A stretch of 59,662 nucleotides of DNA, counting the filler, from Nemertoderma westbladi (lineage: Eukaryota; Animalia; Xenacoelomorpha): assembly GCA_032718475.1 (NCBI GenBank). It is 3 parts of 3 records of this genome, joined end to end, with 100 filler letters (N's around TTAATTAATTAA, not from the genome) between each part and the next. Parts side by side here need not be neighbours in the genome. Positions count along the whole stretch, not along the records: positions 1 to 25,508 come from JAUCBJ010001788.1; 2 more parts are not named here. One strand, given 5' to 3'. The notes below the pieces were generated by a model that was not told the DNA's origin, did not search any database, and worked only from the letters and a program-made list of their open reading frames with translations. Positions within the stretch are counted from its first letter, which is position 1. Every line of letters begins with the position of its first letter. The position numbers were made by a program, and so were the translations under genes. Positions 1-14,200 of this stretch are shown here, piece after piece.

Positions 1-1310
1 TATATGTTATGGCCAGTCGTCCACGACTACGCTTTCCATGAGTTGGTTGCCAGAGAAGTAGATCTGGTATGACCTCGTCTTTACTTCGCCAGCAGTGCCC
101 ACTGAATCTTAATCTGTGTTCATGCAGGGTGGTTGATACAGGTGGTATTGTACCATACAGCTCGGCGTTTGTCATGTGCTGTCTCCAGCTGATGTCTAGG
201 GCTGCCCTTAGTAGTTTTGTATAGCAACCACCAATTCGTTGTTCAAGTGATTTAGTCAGTGTCCAGGTCTCATCCCCGTATAAAAATACACTTTCCACTG
301 TGGCTCGAAAGAACTTAGTCTTCAGGTGCCTGGAGAGATCTGATTTCCAGATGGTATCCATTTTTGATAGAGCTACCCAAGCCTTTGCTTTCCTAACTTC
401 TATGTCATTTTTACTACTCTCTATTCATGATCCAAGTTACTGGAAGTCATTGACCTTCATTGACCCTATTATTGGACATGCTTTTAATGCTTCTTTGGAG
501 TTCGGAAGGTGTGAAGTGAGGTGTCTTGTCATATATTTTCCTTGTAGGGCTGACCTCGATGTTTGGTGGCTGCCCAAGCAAGTTGCGGAAGTGATTTTTC
601 CACTTCCCAACATGTTCTTCAGGACTATCGGCTTTGAGGCGCCCCTTTGCACAACTTTTCCGACCAGATACCTCATTTACAGTTTGCCAGGTAAGTCTTG
701 ATTGTTGCTGTATGTGAGCAGTTGTAATTGCTTCAGTTTTATCCTGTATGTACTTTTCCTGGCTGATGTTGTAGGCCAATTTAAGATCGTCCTTAGCTTT
801 CTCAACCTTGTTAATGTTTTTCGGTTGTTGGTTGTTCGGTTTTAACTTTGTAGGCTATCTTAAGATCTTCTCTCTTACAAGTAACCTCAGAGTTTTGCCA
901 TGGCACATACTGTTTTCGTTTGGGTTTCTGGGGGATATGCCTCTTAGCTGATTTCTTGTGGGCTGTTATTATATTCTGGTTTATTGAATCGGTGGATTGG
1001 TCTTCATCCATTGACTGAAGTGCTTCAAAGCGGTTTTGAACTTCTACTGTATAAGCATCCTTTACAGCATTGTCAGTTCTGAGTTTCTCCTAGTCATGGT
1101 TGTCACAGTAATCTGATGTAGTAATCTTGTCAAGAAACCTATATGCAGCAAGTATGGTGAACATACTGAATCGAAGGCCTTAAAGTAGTCAACGAAGTCA
1201 ACAACCAATGTCTTCTTTCTTTGTTGACCCTCTGCTATCAAAAATATGCTTAGAGTAAGAATGGGCTCCATGGTCCAACAACATTTGCAGAACCCATTCT
1301 GCTTCTCCTT
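1..1310 (-). mobile_element. RTE-like non-LTR retrotransposon (family A), rearranged and internally deleted copy
   Basis: Reverse complement is near-identical to parts of 20708-22288 (WQTVNEVSGRK, KAKAW.ALSK, GETWTLTK); the RT core is deleted near position 455; a DYFKAFDSV RT fragment lies at 1100-1300. Confidence 0.88.
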
Positions 1311-1768
1311 TATCAGTCTCTTACAATATATATCATTGTGCTATAGGATGTACGTACATGTATAAGTGACGTAATTGCTAATTTCCAAACATTCAAGCAG
1401 TATCTGAAATGTGGGGAAAAAGTTGACATTCCCAAGTAATTTCCCAAAACGCGTAATTTCCCAAAACGCTATCACCGATTTGGTCTCTGTATGGTATCTC
1501 TTCAGTGCCACAGAAACTGAACGAGCAAGCTTTTGTCAACATACATGTGACTGAACTCCATAACAGATTATTAATCTGTCAACCGCACTTATCTATTAAA
1601 ATACTTCTTTATTATCATTATAATAAAGATAAAATACACAATCTACATATGTATACATTAAACTCTATTGTTTTCACTTACAACTGTCTTGTTGACCTAT
1701 TCAATATTCATATTCTTTCACGGTTGCTAATTATTAGTAATGGTGTTTATGTCTATATTGAAATCATA

Positions 1769-2205
1769 ATGACATATTATATCAGAGACACAATTTTATG
1801 GGTGCTTTTATTTATTCCAACAAACTACAAAGCAGACCCTATAGAATATCGTCAAGCATGCTGCGCCTGTCCATCTGTATGTCCTGACCCGAATATATTA
1901 ATTGACAACTTCGACAATTGTAACAATTATATAAATCAAATAAAAGGATTATCCCCAATAACCTTGGGAGATCAAGAATGGTGCTGGTATTGCCAGGAAT
2001 GTTGCGACTATGATCCTGGAAGTGACTCCATCTATAGGGGCAATATATATGATTCCAGTCGAGATTACTCTTTTACTGTTTGTTATCACAATCTGGAAAC
2101 ACTTCGTTCCCAATGCGTAGAGGGGAATGCCTTATACAGTCCAACATGCGAGTCGGCTATGTTTCTTTGTGTATACGGACAATGTTGTGAATATGCATGT
2201 AACAC
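1769..2205 (+). CDS. Channel exon 1: signal peptide plus 16-Cys extracellular domain
   Basis: MTYYIRDTILWVLLFIPTNYKA-DPIEY resembles a signal peptide; 16 Cys up to QCCEYACN; strong donor AC|GTAAGT at 2205/2206 in phase with the acceptor at 5345. Confidence 0.75.
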
Positions 2206-5200
2206 GTAAGTGTATGTTGAAATGTAACTTTGATGAGCGTTCCCGAATTCGAGTCTCAGCTCCAGTTTCCATTTGTTTCTACTACTGTACTTTAGATCCT
2301 TATGGTTTCTATTGGAACCTAGTATAGAGTGGGTGTTATTCCTCAACATCGATTGCTACTACTAGAATCGGCATGCTGCATTGCAGCTGTATTTTTAAGA
2401 ATGCTGTGCCGGCTTGTCAACATAATTGCACCACCACAACTCCCTATCATCCATGACATTTGCTAGATTTTCCGCATCTTGAAGGCCAGTTAAGATGCGT
2501 CTCAAGAAGGTCATGTGCTGTCCACCATGCTTATTCACTCCACGAGGCTTCCAAAGCACAAGATAATGCACTGGCTGGTCCTCATGGCGAAAGCAATGTC
2601 CTGCAAAGCGGAGGCGGCTTTGTTCTAGTGTCAAGCTTGGGGGAACCAATGAGACTCCTGCAATGTCATATAGTGTCTGGTTGGAGATGTGTGCATTGTA
2701 CTTGACACAGTGAACCCGGCGTAGCATTCTTGTGCCATCTGGAGATTTGGTGTCCTCAGGAGTTAGAGCCCAGCAGGACTCCCATAGAGGAGTACTGGAA
2801 CTACTGCTGCTCTAAATAATCGGACCTTAAGTTTCCGATTAATTCTATGTGACTTCCAAATCCTGGAAAGCCTATTCAAGGCTGCCCATGCCTTTCCCTT
2901 ACGTATTCGAAGGTCCTCACCTGACTTCCGGATCCATGATCCCAGGTAATAGAAGTCGTCCACATGCTCAAGCATACCATCCTTTGAGCTTATGCTCATC
3001 CGATCAGAGATTTGCTGAGGACTTTCAAAGTTAACTGTCAAAATTTTGCTCTTTCTGGAGTTAATAAAAAGACCAACACAAGAAGCAGCCTGTTCTAATG
3101 AGTTGAGAAGCCTTTGGGATCGCTCTAGTGATTCTGAGAGTACTCCTAAGTCATCAGCAAAGTCTAGATCAGTTAGGTACTTGGCAGGATTTCCTCGCTT
3201 CTGGAGCCAGTAGGTGGAGTTACAATCACCCCATCATTGGCTGGTGATTCTGCCTTAACCGTGGTGGTTGGTTGGCTTTTCCGCCCAGTAAGTAAGTTGA
3301 TCGATTTCCATGCCTGGGATGATTGCCTGCTGTCATCGGCATCATTGATGTCATCAACCTGTTGGTTTATAAGCTTCTGTAGATTAACAGAGTATTGCCT
3401 GTTCAGGGACCTAGATGCAGCCTTAACTGCATTTTTGGCTGCTGTAGTTTTGTAGTTTTGGCGGCTCTAGTCGGGACTCTTTCTGCGCCTTATAGAGGTC
3501 ATTTCGGCACTTTTGAATTTTGTGGTCAGTCCAGTGGGCCTTTTTCCTGTTTCGACGGTATACAGGAACTGTTTCTGCAGATGCTAATGTGAAGGCAGTA
3601 TAGACCTCGCAGTGATCTGCTGCATCAGAGGAAAGAACCTCATACCTGTTGCTCAGCTGTAGTGTGAAGCTTTATCTCACACTTGGCTGTTGCAACAGAG
3701 GACCAGTCATGCCGCAGCAAGGCAGATTTCGTTGTTCTGCTAGCACGCAGACTATGTCTTACCTTGGCCACAATAAGGCAGTGATCAATGGAGAAGGGTC
3801 GAAGTGTAAATGCATTACAGTCATGTGTAGAGCTCCTGTATTTCCTACGAAACAGAATATGGTCTATCTGGGACTTGTGACTACTGGGTCCACTATGAGT
3901 CCATAGCTTTCCAGTTCGCTTCTTGAACTGGGTTCCAGCCGAAAACAATCCATTTCCAGAGAGGAAATCCTGAAGATGGATGGAATTGCGGTTAACACTA
4001 TCTCTCTAGACCCAGGGTGATGTAGGTGATTGATGCAGACTTGCATTAAAGTCTCCCAGGAATGTTAAGGATGCATGCTGATGCACTCCATTGCATTAGT
4101 AGCGGCTTGTAGATTGTGGTAGAAATTTTCCACCTCCTCTACAGGGGCAACACTAGTTGGAGAGTAGCACACAATCAGAACCACCCTATGAAACTTCTTA
4201 GCCAGTGTTCCAGAACTGTGGCAATGTGACAATGGCAATGGATGATGTGGTTAGAGATTTGGGCTATTTTGTCCAATGCTGCATGTGCTGTTGGATTCAT
4301 TGTTCATTGCCAACTGCCCCCCATGTCCTTAATCAGAACCTCATCTGTCTGTCTAGTCTGCGTTCGGTGCTCTTGAATATCCACTATGCTAAGAGAAAGC
4401 TTGTCTGCCAAGGCAGTCAGTCAGCTCACCTTGTCGCATTTGGGACCCGAGTATAAGGGTGTTTACTGAGGCTAGTCTAGTGACTTGCCTCAGATTCACC
4501 AATGGCTTCGTTGGTTGGGGTGGAACATGAGAGTGGCCTCCATCTCCAGAATCCCTCTCCCCCTCGCAAACTGACCTCCCTGGAGAACCAGGGTTTGGGC
4601 CAGAAAGGTGATCAGGAAAGGGACTCACAGAATTGTTGGCCACTCTCTCTCCAGTAGAGGTTGAGACAGGCAGCTGGTCAGGAGATAACTGACACCTGTG
4701 AGGCCAATTGTGTCCAGTAATTCCACTGGCCTCTAGTGGCCGGACCTCCGCATTACTAATGTAATCCAAAGTGGGGATTGGGGGTGTTTTTTTGCCGAGT
4801 CAACTCTCGGGGCAAATACCACACCCTGGTTTGCCATTCCACAGGGTGGGTGTCGCAGTAGAGTCAGATATGAGGCCCATCACTCATACCTACTCTGAAA
4901 CACATGACCCACCATTGGCTGTGCAGCTCATCTGCTGGGCCATGCCATGTACCCCTGCCGCCAGGTGCAGGTCGTGGTGAAGTGCACTCAGAGTGGACAA
5001 CCAACACTCTACTCCTGACCAGCCAGTGGTAGATCACCATCTGCCTGGCCAGGCCATATACCACTGCAGCCAAGTATATGGTCCTTAATCCAGGACCAAG
5101 GGTGTCCTTATCCCAGAACAAAGAGGATCCTAGTTACAGGACCAGATTTCCCCTAGTAAGAGGGTCTATGTCGAATCGACAAAATATTAGTTATCTCACT

Positions 5201-8200
5201 GCTTTAATATCCTTCCCTGCAAATGTCACCAAAAACAATTATCCAACTGGATTGATCGAATTAGATCAAAACCAAGACTCTTCTGGTAACATTGCTGTCA
5301 ATTTTATAGAAGTGAGTAATGTATTGCTTGTTCCATTTGCACAGGATTCCTCATCCAATAACAGCAGCATCAACGACTACTAAAGATACAACAACAGAAG
5401 CACCAGTAACAACAACAGCAACCACAGCCATACCTACAACAACACCAACCACACCCATACCTACAACAACACCAACCACACCCATACCTACAACACCAAC
5501 CATACCCATACCTACAACAACACCAACCATACCCATACCTACAACAACACCAACCACACCCATTCCTACAACAATGACCACTCCACCCATACCCATAACA
5601 ACGTCTCTCATTCAACCACCCATGACTACAACAAATACAGCCGAAGAGAGCCTCAAACCATTTGATGGGTGAGTTGAGTTAATGATTTCATAAATGTTAA
5701 TTTAAACTAAATAAAAATTTAATTTAGGTCAGGTCAGGTCAGGGTCCTCATATCTTGCTACCACAATTAATATGGTACTACCTAATGCTGTAACCCCAGT
5801 AGGACAGTCTGAAGACACATAGCTTATTCCAAACACTATAAAACCAGAAAACCCTACATTCAGAAATTTAAAGAAATACAATTGGTTTATACCACACCAA
5901 TATGCCATGAAAGTCTAATAGCATTTCTAAATCCCAAAGTAAAAAGGCTTTGAAACGACATCAAAGCGTCAAAACAGAACCAAACCACGATAAATGACAC
6001 TCTTCCCACTGTCAAGAACATGTGTGATCATGCGGATTATCTTGACAACAACCTCGAAGTTAGAAAAACAAAGGAATGGGTAGCTCTATTAAAATTATAC
6101 CATTTGGAAATCAGGCCTCTCCCATCAACTGGAGAACACATTCTCTCGAACCAAGTGGAAAATGTACTTTTTTTAGAGGTGAGACATGGTCTCACGAATC
6201 CCTTGAACAATGAATTGATTGTTGTCACACAAGACTTCTAAACATTAGATTGAGACCACATCGCCAGCTATGACATATATAGCTCTAGAGTAACTTAAAA
6301 GCGATACTGGACTTCGAAGAAACGAAATTGCAACACCCAACTTAGTACAGCATGTATGATAAGTTTTGAAAGACTTAATAAATGAAACCAGATTTGTAGG
6401 CTTGTTCTAATCTCAGTAATGACATTTGAAAAACATTTTGCTTATTGTTTTACAGAACACGAACAGATAACTTTGTGGATACTATACTTCAAACCAATTA
6501 CAGTGGAATAGAACCCCCACAGCAGGTGGCCAATTGTAAGTTGTTAATAAAATCTAAGGTGGCTAATTGTAAGTTGTTAATAAAGTTAATAGTTTAAAAT
6601 TTAAAGTAATAAAAAATATGTAAATATACTAGTCCAACTTGAAAGGGATACTGGACTTGGGAGACAATTATGAGGAATCGGGAAGCCTGAATTAGGATTG
6701 ACCCCATTTCCACTGTCTGAGCTCGAATAGTATCAGTTTGGAACATTGGTACCCCCGCTGCTTTGCAGGTAACAGCCAAGAGAGATGAGCCTTTTAAAAC
6801 TTTCGTTTGTCAATCCATAAAGTGGACTTTTCGGTTTTCCCATGCAGCTACCATTAGGCCCATCTCTATAGGTTATGTGCCACGCCATTTCATTTGTACC
6901 TAATGCTTGACGAAGGTTCCAGTGAGGTCAGTCAACGATAACAAAGGCCTATGCCTATAAAGGAAGGTTAGCTCAGTTGTTAGAGCGCCGGGCCTGCATA
7001 TTGGTTGTAGATTGGAGCCCCACAAGGATCCACTGAGCCCTTCATCCCATGGGGTCGATAAAATGAGGTCCAGTTGAATGACTGGGAGCAAAACAAGTGA
7101 TATGTGTATTGCCCACCACTACCTTTGGGTACCAGAAATCGAATAGAAGCCTTGCTTTACGCCTATATTTGATCATGATCATCCATACATTTGTCTTTAT
7201 TTGTCTTTTTTCATCCTTATGTGTGTTTCATATGCGGCCAAGTATTGTATTCAATTACATAGATTAAAGTCTTTCATGTAATCTGTATTGTGTTTAGTGG
7301 ATGTGATGGTGGAAGTCAATGTTAGAGATATGATTCTTGAGAAAGATGGCAGAGATACTGATTATGTTTTCACATTCTTGATAACTACAAGATGGAATGA
7401 TCCCAGATACACAAACGTAAGTTGCTATAACGTATTTAATCGGCATAACATAGATAAATAGATATAACATAGATAAATAGATATAACATAGATAAATAGA
7501 TATAACATAGATAAATAGATATAACATAGATAAATAGATATAACATAGATAAATAGATATAACATAGATAAATAGATATAACATAGATAAATAGATATAA
7601 CATAGATAAATAGATATAACATAGATAAATAGATATAACATAGATAAATAGATATAACATAGATAAATAGATATAACATAGATAAATAGATATAACATAG
7701 ATAAATAGATATAACATAGATAAATAGATATAACATAGATAAATAGATATAACATAGATAAATAGATATAACATAGATAAATAGATATAACATAGATAAA
7801 TAGATATAACATAGATAAATAGATATAACATAGATAAATAGATATAACATAGATAAATAGATATAACATAGATAAATAGATATAACATAGATAAATAGAT
7901 ATAACATAGATAAATAGATATAACATAGATAAATAGATATAACATAGATAAATAGATATAACATAGATAAATAGATATAACATAGATAAATAGATATAAC
8001 ATAGATAAATAGATATAACATAGATAAATAGATATAACATAGATAAATAGATATAACATAGATAAATAGATATAACATAGATAAATAGATATAACATAGA
8101 TAAATAGATATAACATAGATAAATAGATATAACATAGATAAATAGATATAACATAGATAAATAGATATAACATAGATAAATAGATATAACATAGATAAAT

Positions 8201-11200
8201 AGATATAACATAGATAAATAGATATAACATAGATAAATAGATATAACATAGATAAATAGATATAACATAGATAAATAGATATAACATAGATAAATAGATA
8301 GATACCTGGCTCAAATTAATTTCTATGAAATTCGATAATGCATATAATAAGCTTGCGCTTGCTCTGATGGTATATTTTTTATTAATTGAATCGGCTCTCT
8401 GGTTGTGAATACCCAGACTATTGACCCTTGGACAACTACCCCCTGACAATTGCTACCCGGACTATAATTTCCCCTTGGGCATTGCCCCCCTGGACAATTA
8501 CACCATGGAAAATTACACTCCAGACAATTGCACCCCCGGACGATGGCCTCCCAAGGACTATTACCCCCACGAAGAAGTCCATTTCAAATGGAAAGGGCAA
8601 ATAGTATGTCAATTGCGTATTCCACATGGGAGAATTGCTTCTGAATTTATGTATGAAGAATATCGCTAGATATATGTATAACAAATCACAAAATAATGCT
8701 ATTCGTTCTAGGATACATCATTAAATGACTACCTTGACTCGACTATTTTCTTGTTCTTGGATATGATGTTGAACATTTGGACATTTTTTTAAAAAAATTT
8801 ATTTAAATAAAGTCATTCAATGAAGAATCACATTGACTGCCTATTTAATGTCCGGGCCGTACGATTGTATTTTATTATTTCTTCAGATTCCACACTTTAA
8901 CACATCGATTACACTAAAAGAAAGTGACGGGTTGAGCGATTTGTGGATTGTCGTCATGGAAACCTGGGGGGCGTTGCGAAAACAGAATGACCGAGATGTA
9001 ATGAGGGCTATAATATGGGCCAATGGTAATGTGAGAACCATACGGAGGTTAGGAAGAGTTAGGGTTGAAAATTTTAACAAATCGAAAAAATTACAACTAG
9101 ATTACTTTATTTCAACTTCAACTTATTTTATTATATTGAAAAGGAATAGACAAAGAAACATACAGTAATTAATGTATGCCTTAATATGTTTTAATCTTTT
9201 AATTAATTTCTACCTTGCTTGGAAACCTATTTTTGCAATTATATTATTCAGCACATTACAAAAACAACTATTACTGCAATCATATTCTTACTGCCAAATA
9301 AAGTAAATATCTAAAGTTAATAAATTTTCTCTCCTATTTAAGACAAACAAGACGGGTTAAATGCGATCCAGAAATGTTTCTATTCCCCTTCGACTTCATG
9401 AGGTGTCGGATTCTATTGAGGGCTGAATATGCTAATGATCGTAAGTGGTGACATACTGAAAATTTACATTTTGTAAAATGAACAGTTACGAATGTTGTAA
9501 TATATGTTTAGTCAGGTGAGGACTTTCGAATATGTAAGGGAAAAGCATGGGACGCATTGAATGGGCTTTCCAGAATTTGGAAGTCACACAGAATTCATCG
9601 GAAACTAAAGGTACGATTATTTAGAGTAGCAGTAGTTCCAGTACTCCTCTATGGGAGTCCATGCTGGATTCTAACTGCTGAGGACACCAAATCTCTGGAT
9701 GGCAAATTCACAAGCTACAAGCACAAACATTCATGCTACGCCGGGTTCACTGTGTTAAGTACAATGCACGCATCTCCAACAAGACACCATATAACATTGG
9801 AGGTGTCACTACTACTACTAGGATCGGCATGCTGCATTGCAGCTGCATTTTTAAGAATGATGTGCCGGCTTGTCAACAAAATTGCACCGCCACAACTCCC
9901 TATCACCCATGACATTTGCTAGATCATCCGCATCTTCAAGGCCAGTGTCCTTTAAGATGCGTCTCAAGAAAGTCATGGGCTGTCCACCATGCTTATTCAC
10001 TCCATGAGGCTGCCAAAGTACAAGATTATGCACTGGCTGATCCTCACGGCGAAAGCAATGTCCTGCAAAGCGGAGGCGATTTTGTTCTAGTGTCAAGCTT
10101 GGGGGAACAAATGAGACACCTCCAATGTTATATAGTGTCTGGTTGGAGATGTGTGCATTGTACTTGACACAATGAATCCGGCGTAGCATTCTTGTGAATG
10201 TGCCATCCAGAGATTTGGTGTCCTCAGCAGTTAGAGCCCAGCATGGACTCCCATAGAGGAGTACTGGAACTACTGCTGCTCTAAATAATCGGACCTTAAG
10301 TTTCCGATTAATTCTCGGTGACTTCCAAATCCTGGAAAGCCTATTCAAGGCTGCCCATGCCTTTCCCTTGCGTATTCGAAGGTCTTTCTTTTAAGCTGAC
10401 TTACGGATCCATGACCCCAGGTAACAGAAGACGTCCACATGCTCAAGCATACCATCCTTTGAGCTTATGCTCATCCGATCAGAGACTTGCTGAGGACTTT
10501 CAAAGTTAACTGTCAAAATTTTGGTCTTTCTGGAGTTAATAAAAAGACCAACACTAGAAGCAGCAGGTTCTAATGAGCTGAGGAGCCGTTGGGCTCCCTC
10601 TAATGATTCTGAGAGTACTCCTAAGTCATCAGCAAAGTCTAGATCAGTTAGGTACTTGGCAGGATTTCCTCGACTTCTGGAGCCAGTAGGTGGAGTAATC
10701 ATCACCCCATCATCATTATGATGATCTAAGGACATGCCCAACCACAAGAATGAACAAGAATGGTGCAAGTGTGTCTCCTTGGAGGACGCCCCATAACACT
10801 TCAAATGGTTCTGTGTCACCGTAAACAGTAGACACAAATGTTGTCGAACCATCGTATACTGATCTAATTGCTGCAATAATTTCATCAGGAATCCCATATA
10901 ATGAAAGTATGCTGAACATACGTGAGCGAGAGACTGAATCAAAGGCCTTGAAGTCAACAAAGATAACAGCCAGATGCCTGTCTTTCTTTTTTGATAATTC
11001 TTCAATTATCCTTCTAAGTGCCAAAATGGGCTCCATGGTCCCACGACCTTTACGGAACCCATTCTGATTTCCACGGAGCAGTCTCTCAATCGGATCCCTG
11101 ATGCGATTTAATAGAATCCTATTGTATAGCTTTGCAGCAATCGAGATCAATGAGATTCCCCGAAAAGAACCATAGAGTGTTAGGTTGCCCTTCTTGGGAA

Positions 11201-14200
11201 CTAGCACCAACTTATTTGTTTTCATTTCTTGTGGGACTCTTGTTGTTCGGTACATGTCTACTATGATGGGATAGATGAGCTTTAAACACTCAGGTATTTT
11301 AAAGACCACATTGGTACCCCCAAGCTTGACAGTAGAACAAAGCCGCCTCCGCTTTGCAGGACATTGTTTTCGCAGTGAGGACCAGCCTGTGCACAGTCTT
11401 GTGCTTTGGCAGCCCCATGGCGAAAATAAGCATGGTGGACAGCCCATGAATTTCGTGAGACGCCTCCTAAAGGACACTGGCCTTGAAGATGCGGATAATC
11501 TCTCGAACTACTACTTTCCAATGGCTTCATTTGACTTACGGATTACTGGGGAGATCCAGCCATATTTCTATAAAATTATCTAACCTTTTTATTGATTTTT
11601 ATTGTGGGAACCAATAATGCAAAGGTATTAATAGCAAAACGTACTACAAGTAAGTATACGCTCTCAGGGCAAATGCCTCACACTAATTTACCATTCCACA
11701 AGGTGGGTGTCGCAGTCAGATATGGGGCCCATCTGTGGCTGATTACTCATTGTACCCACCATTTGCTATCCTATCCTGCACAGCTCATCTGCTGGACCAT
11801 GAACTGCACCCCTGCTGCCAGTTTAGGTCCAGTTAAGTGCACTCAATATGGAAATGATTGCGCTCTACTCCTGTCCAGCCTTTGGTAGATTACCATCTGC
11901 TGGTCAGCCATATACCCCTTCAGCCGAGTATAGGGGTCATTAACCCACGACCAATGGGATCCAAATCCCAGAACGAAGGGTGGAAATATGAGAACCGAAT
12001 ACACAAATGTTCTCACTTTGGATCTCGAGAGTCTAGAAATTCTTCACTGGATACGCTAATATGCAGGGGTTGGAAGGTCTAAATAGGTCTAGCCGTTCTA
12101 AATGCGGTCTCAACTACCAGTCTAATTTTACTCCATATTCGTCCCACTAATGTCCACCAACAACTGCTAAACCCCCGCGAACAGTGGAAGAATCGAATAA
12201 TCTTCCTATTCTCGGGCGTACAGCTGTTGCTAACTGTGTCAAATGTGAAACCTCACCAGGGCTACTCTCTCCAGAAAGGGAAAATCAATTTTATTACTCA
12301 AATAGTGAAGCCTTATCAGTCAACAAACAATCTGTAGTTCAGGGTGCGTACTGGGTTGCGAGCTAATTTAATTTTAAAATTTTATCCGAAAAAATCTAAT
12401 AATTCTGAATACCGAATGTGCTAAACCTGGGTCAAACAGCTGTCAATAGGACCGCATTACCTAGCGTTTCGAGTACCAACTCAATGTCTAATACTGTCCA
12501 ACCTTCCTGCAATCGACTACTCAAAATAAGTAAATGAATAACGTTGTAGCTAATATTTTGTCCACAAAAATAGTACTGACATGTTTTATTTCAATCACTT
12601 AACTTATGTACTAAAATAACATAAACGAGAGAAATTAAACCCCAATGAAACCTAATCCGGTAAAACAAATGCAATGAAAACTACTGATTTATGCCACTAA
12701 TTTAATTTGCGTCGGCTAAGCTGGTGCACACAAAACGTCTATTAAAGCCAACCTTTACCTAGGTAATGCGCTAATGCTCCTCAAATATCTAAATATTCCA
12801 GTCCTAATTTAAATAATTTTAAAGGCGCGTTTATAGCGTTTTAATTTGAATAATTACGCTTAATATCGCTTCCTCTTTTATACTACATTTTGCTGAAACT
12901 AAATTTGTTTGGTCGGACTTAGTTTATTAGCTAAGTTGACTAGTAGGTTGGCTAGGTTGGTTTATTTTGTTGGACTTGGGTATCTAAGATGGACAGAAAT
13001 ACCGAAACTGGCTTAGTTATCTAAATGGGCTAAATTGGACTGAAATATGAAAGGTGTTTCCGGCCTGTCAATGAAGCAGAACCCCCACGGCATCCGCCGA
13101 TCTCTATAGTGATCCCTAAAACATGCCCGGTACTTCCCTTTAATAAATAGAAAACCCATAGTTTGTCATCTCGTCCACCTGCTCCCAAACGCGCTCCCGG
13201 TAGGTACTTCCTACGCAGTCTACTCCATTATAGCGCAGAGTGCCACTCAACCGGTAAGCCGGTGTAGAGTACTGCAAAGCAAATAACGCAGTTAAGTTAG
13301 CAAAATCTGATTACATAATAATAAGGTCAGTCAGTCTTTCACGGTAGAAATTTCTGCATTAATTATAGCAAAAGTACAAAAGTAAAGCAAAATCATAACA
13401 AACAAAGATTACAGCTTAATTCAACAACAAATCACATGACAGCTTCCAACTACAAAACATAACAAGAATAATAACAAGTCGCCAATGGTCAAGCAAATTC
13501 TCCTGCCGTTGGAGCAACCGAAATGGCTAAGCCAATGAGTGAGCTGGATTACAACCCTCCTGGCTCCTTTCTCTGAGTATTATTACCTTATATGGTTATG
13601 AAATTGTTTTATTCTATAATAGACTTATATACACGAATCTAACACTATACGCAAGCTATTACGTAATGGTGAATTCTTACATAGGGATTACTGTGGCTAT
13701 AATTTTTACTATCAAATTCGTTTGTGGTGGTATTCCTATTAAATATACACTGTAAATAACAATGTGTTAACTATGAATACAACTATTACGCCCAAGTAAA
13801 TATAAATGCACCCAAATGTTCCTCTGTCCCTAATATGACTAAAAATGACCGCTAATCCTTATCCTTTCACCAATTTCCTATAATAACTATTACGATTTTT
13901 TACTTAAATACCAAATACATACAGTAATACTGTATTACTTCAATTTTCTTCCGAATAGCACTAATATCATTCATCTGGGAAAATCTTAAAAAATTCAGGT
14001 CTGTTTCTTACTTACTAAATATTCGGACGATTACCTACTAAATATAAAATGATTGCCTAGGCATTGCAGGACCAGATTATGCCCTTAATAAGAATAACAA
14101 TATGTTGGCAAGCTAAGCTGTGTTAATAAGAGGGTCTCTGCAGCCACAGATCTCTGCAGCACCTCCTTTATGCTGCATGGGAAGTGGCAAGTTTTATGTA

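Noticed and set aside
1505-1768. 5' extension of the 234-aa ORF
   Set aside because: Starts at GTG and is AT-rich UTR-like sequence; the ATG at 1769 directly precedes a signal peptide.
7294-8449. Long ORFs in three minus frames (YLSMLYLFIYVISI repeats); likewise ORFs at 26611-27752, 45989-46450 and 47465-47896
   Set aside because: Artefacts of stop-free tandem repeats or microsatellites; no splice or homology support.
8950-8963. X-box-like GTCGTCATGGAAAC
   Set aside because: Lies within a coding exon far from any promoter; likely coincidental.
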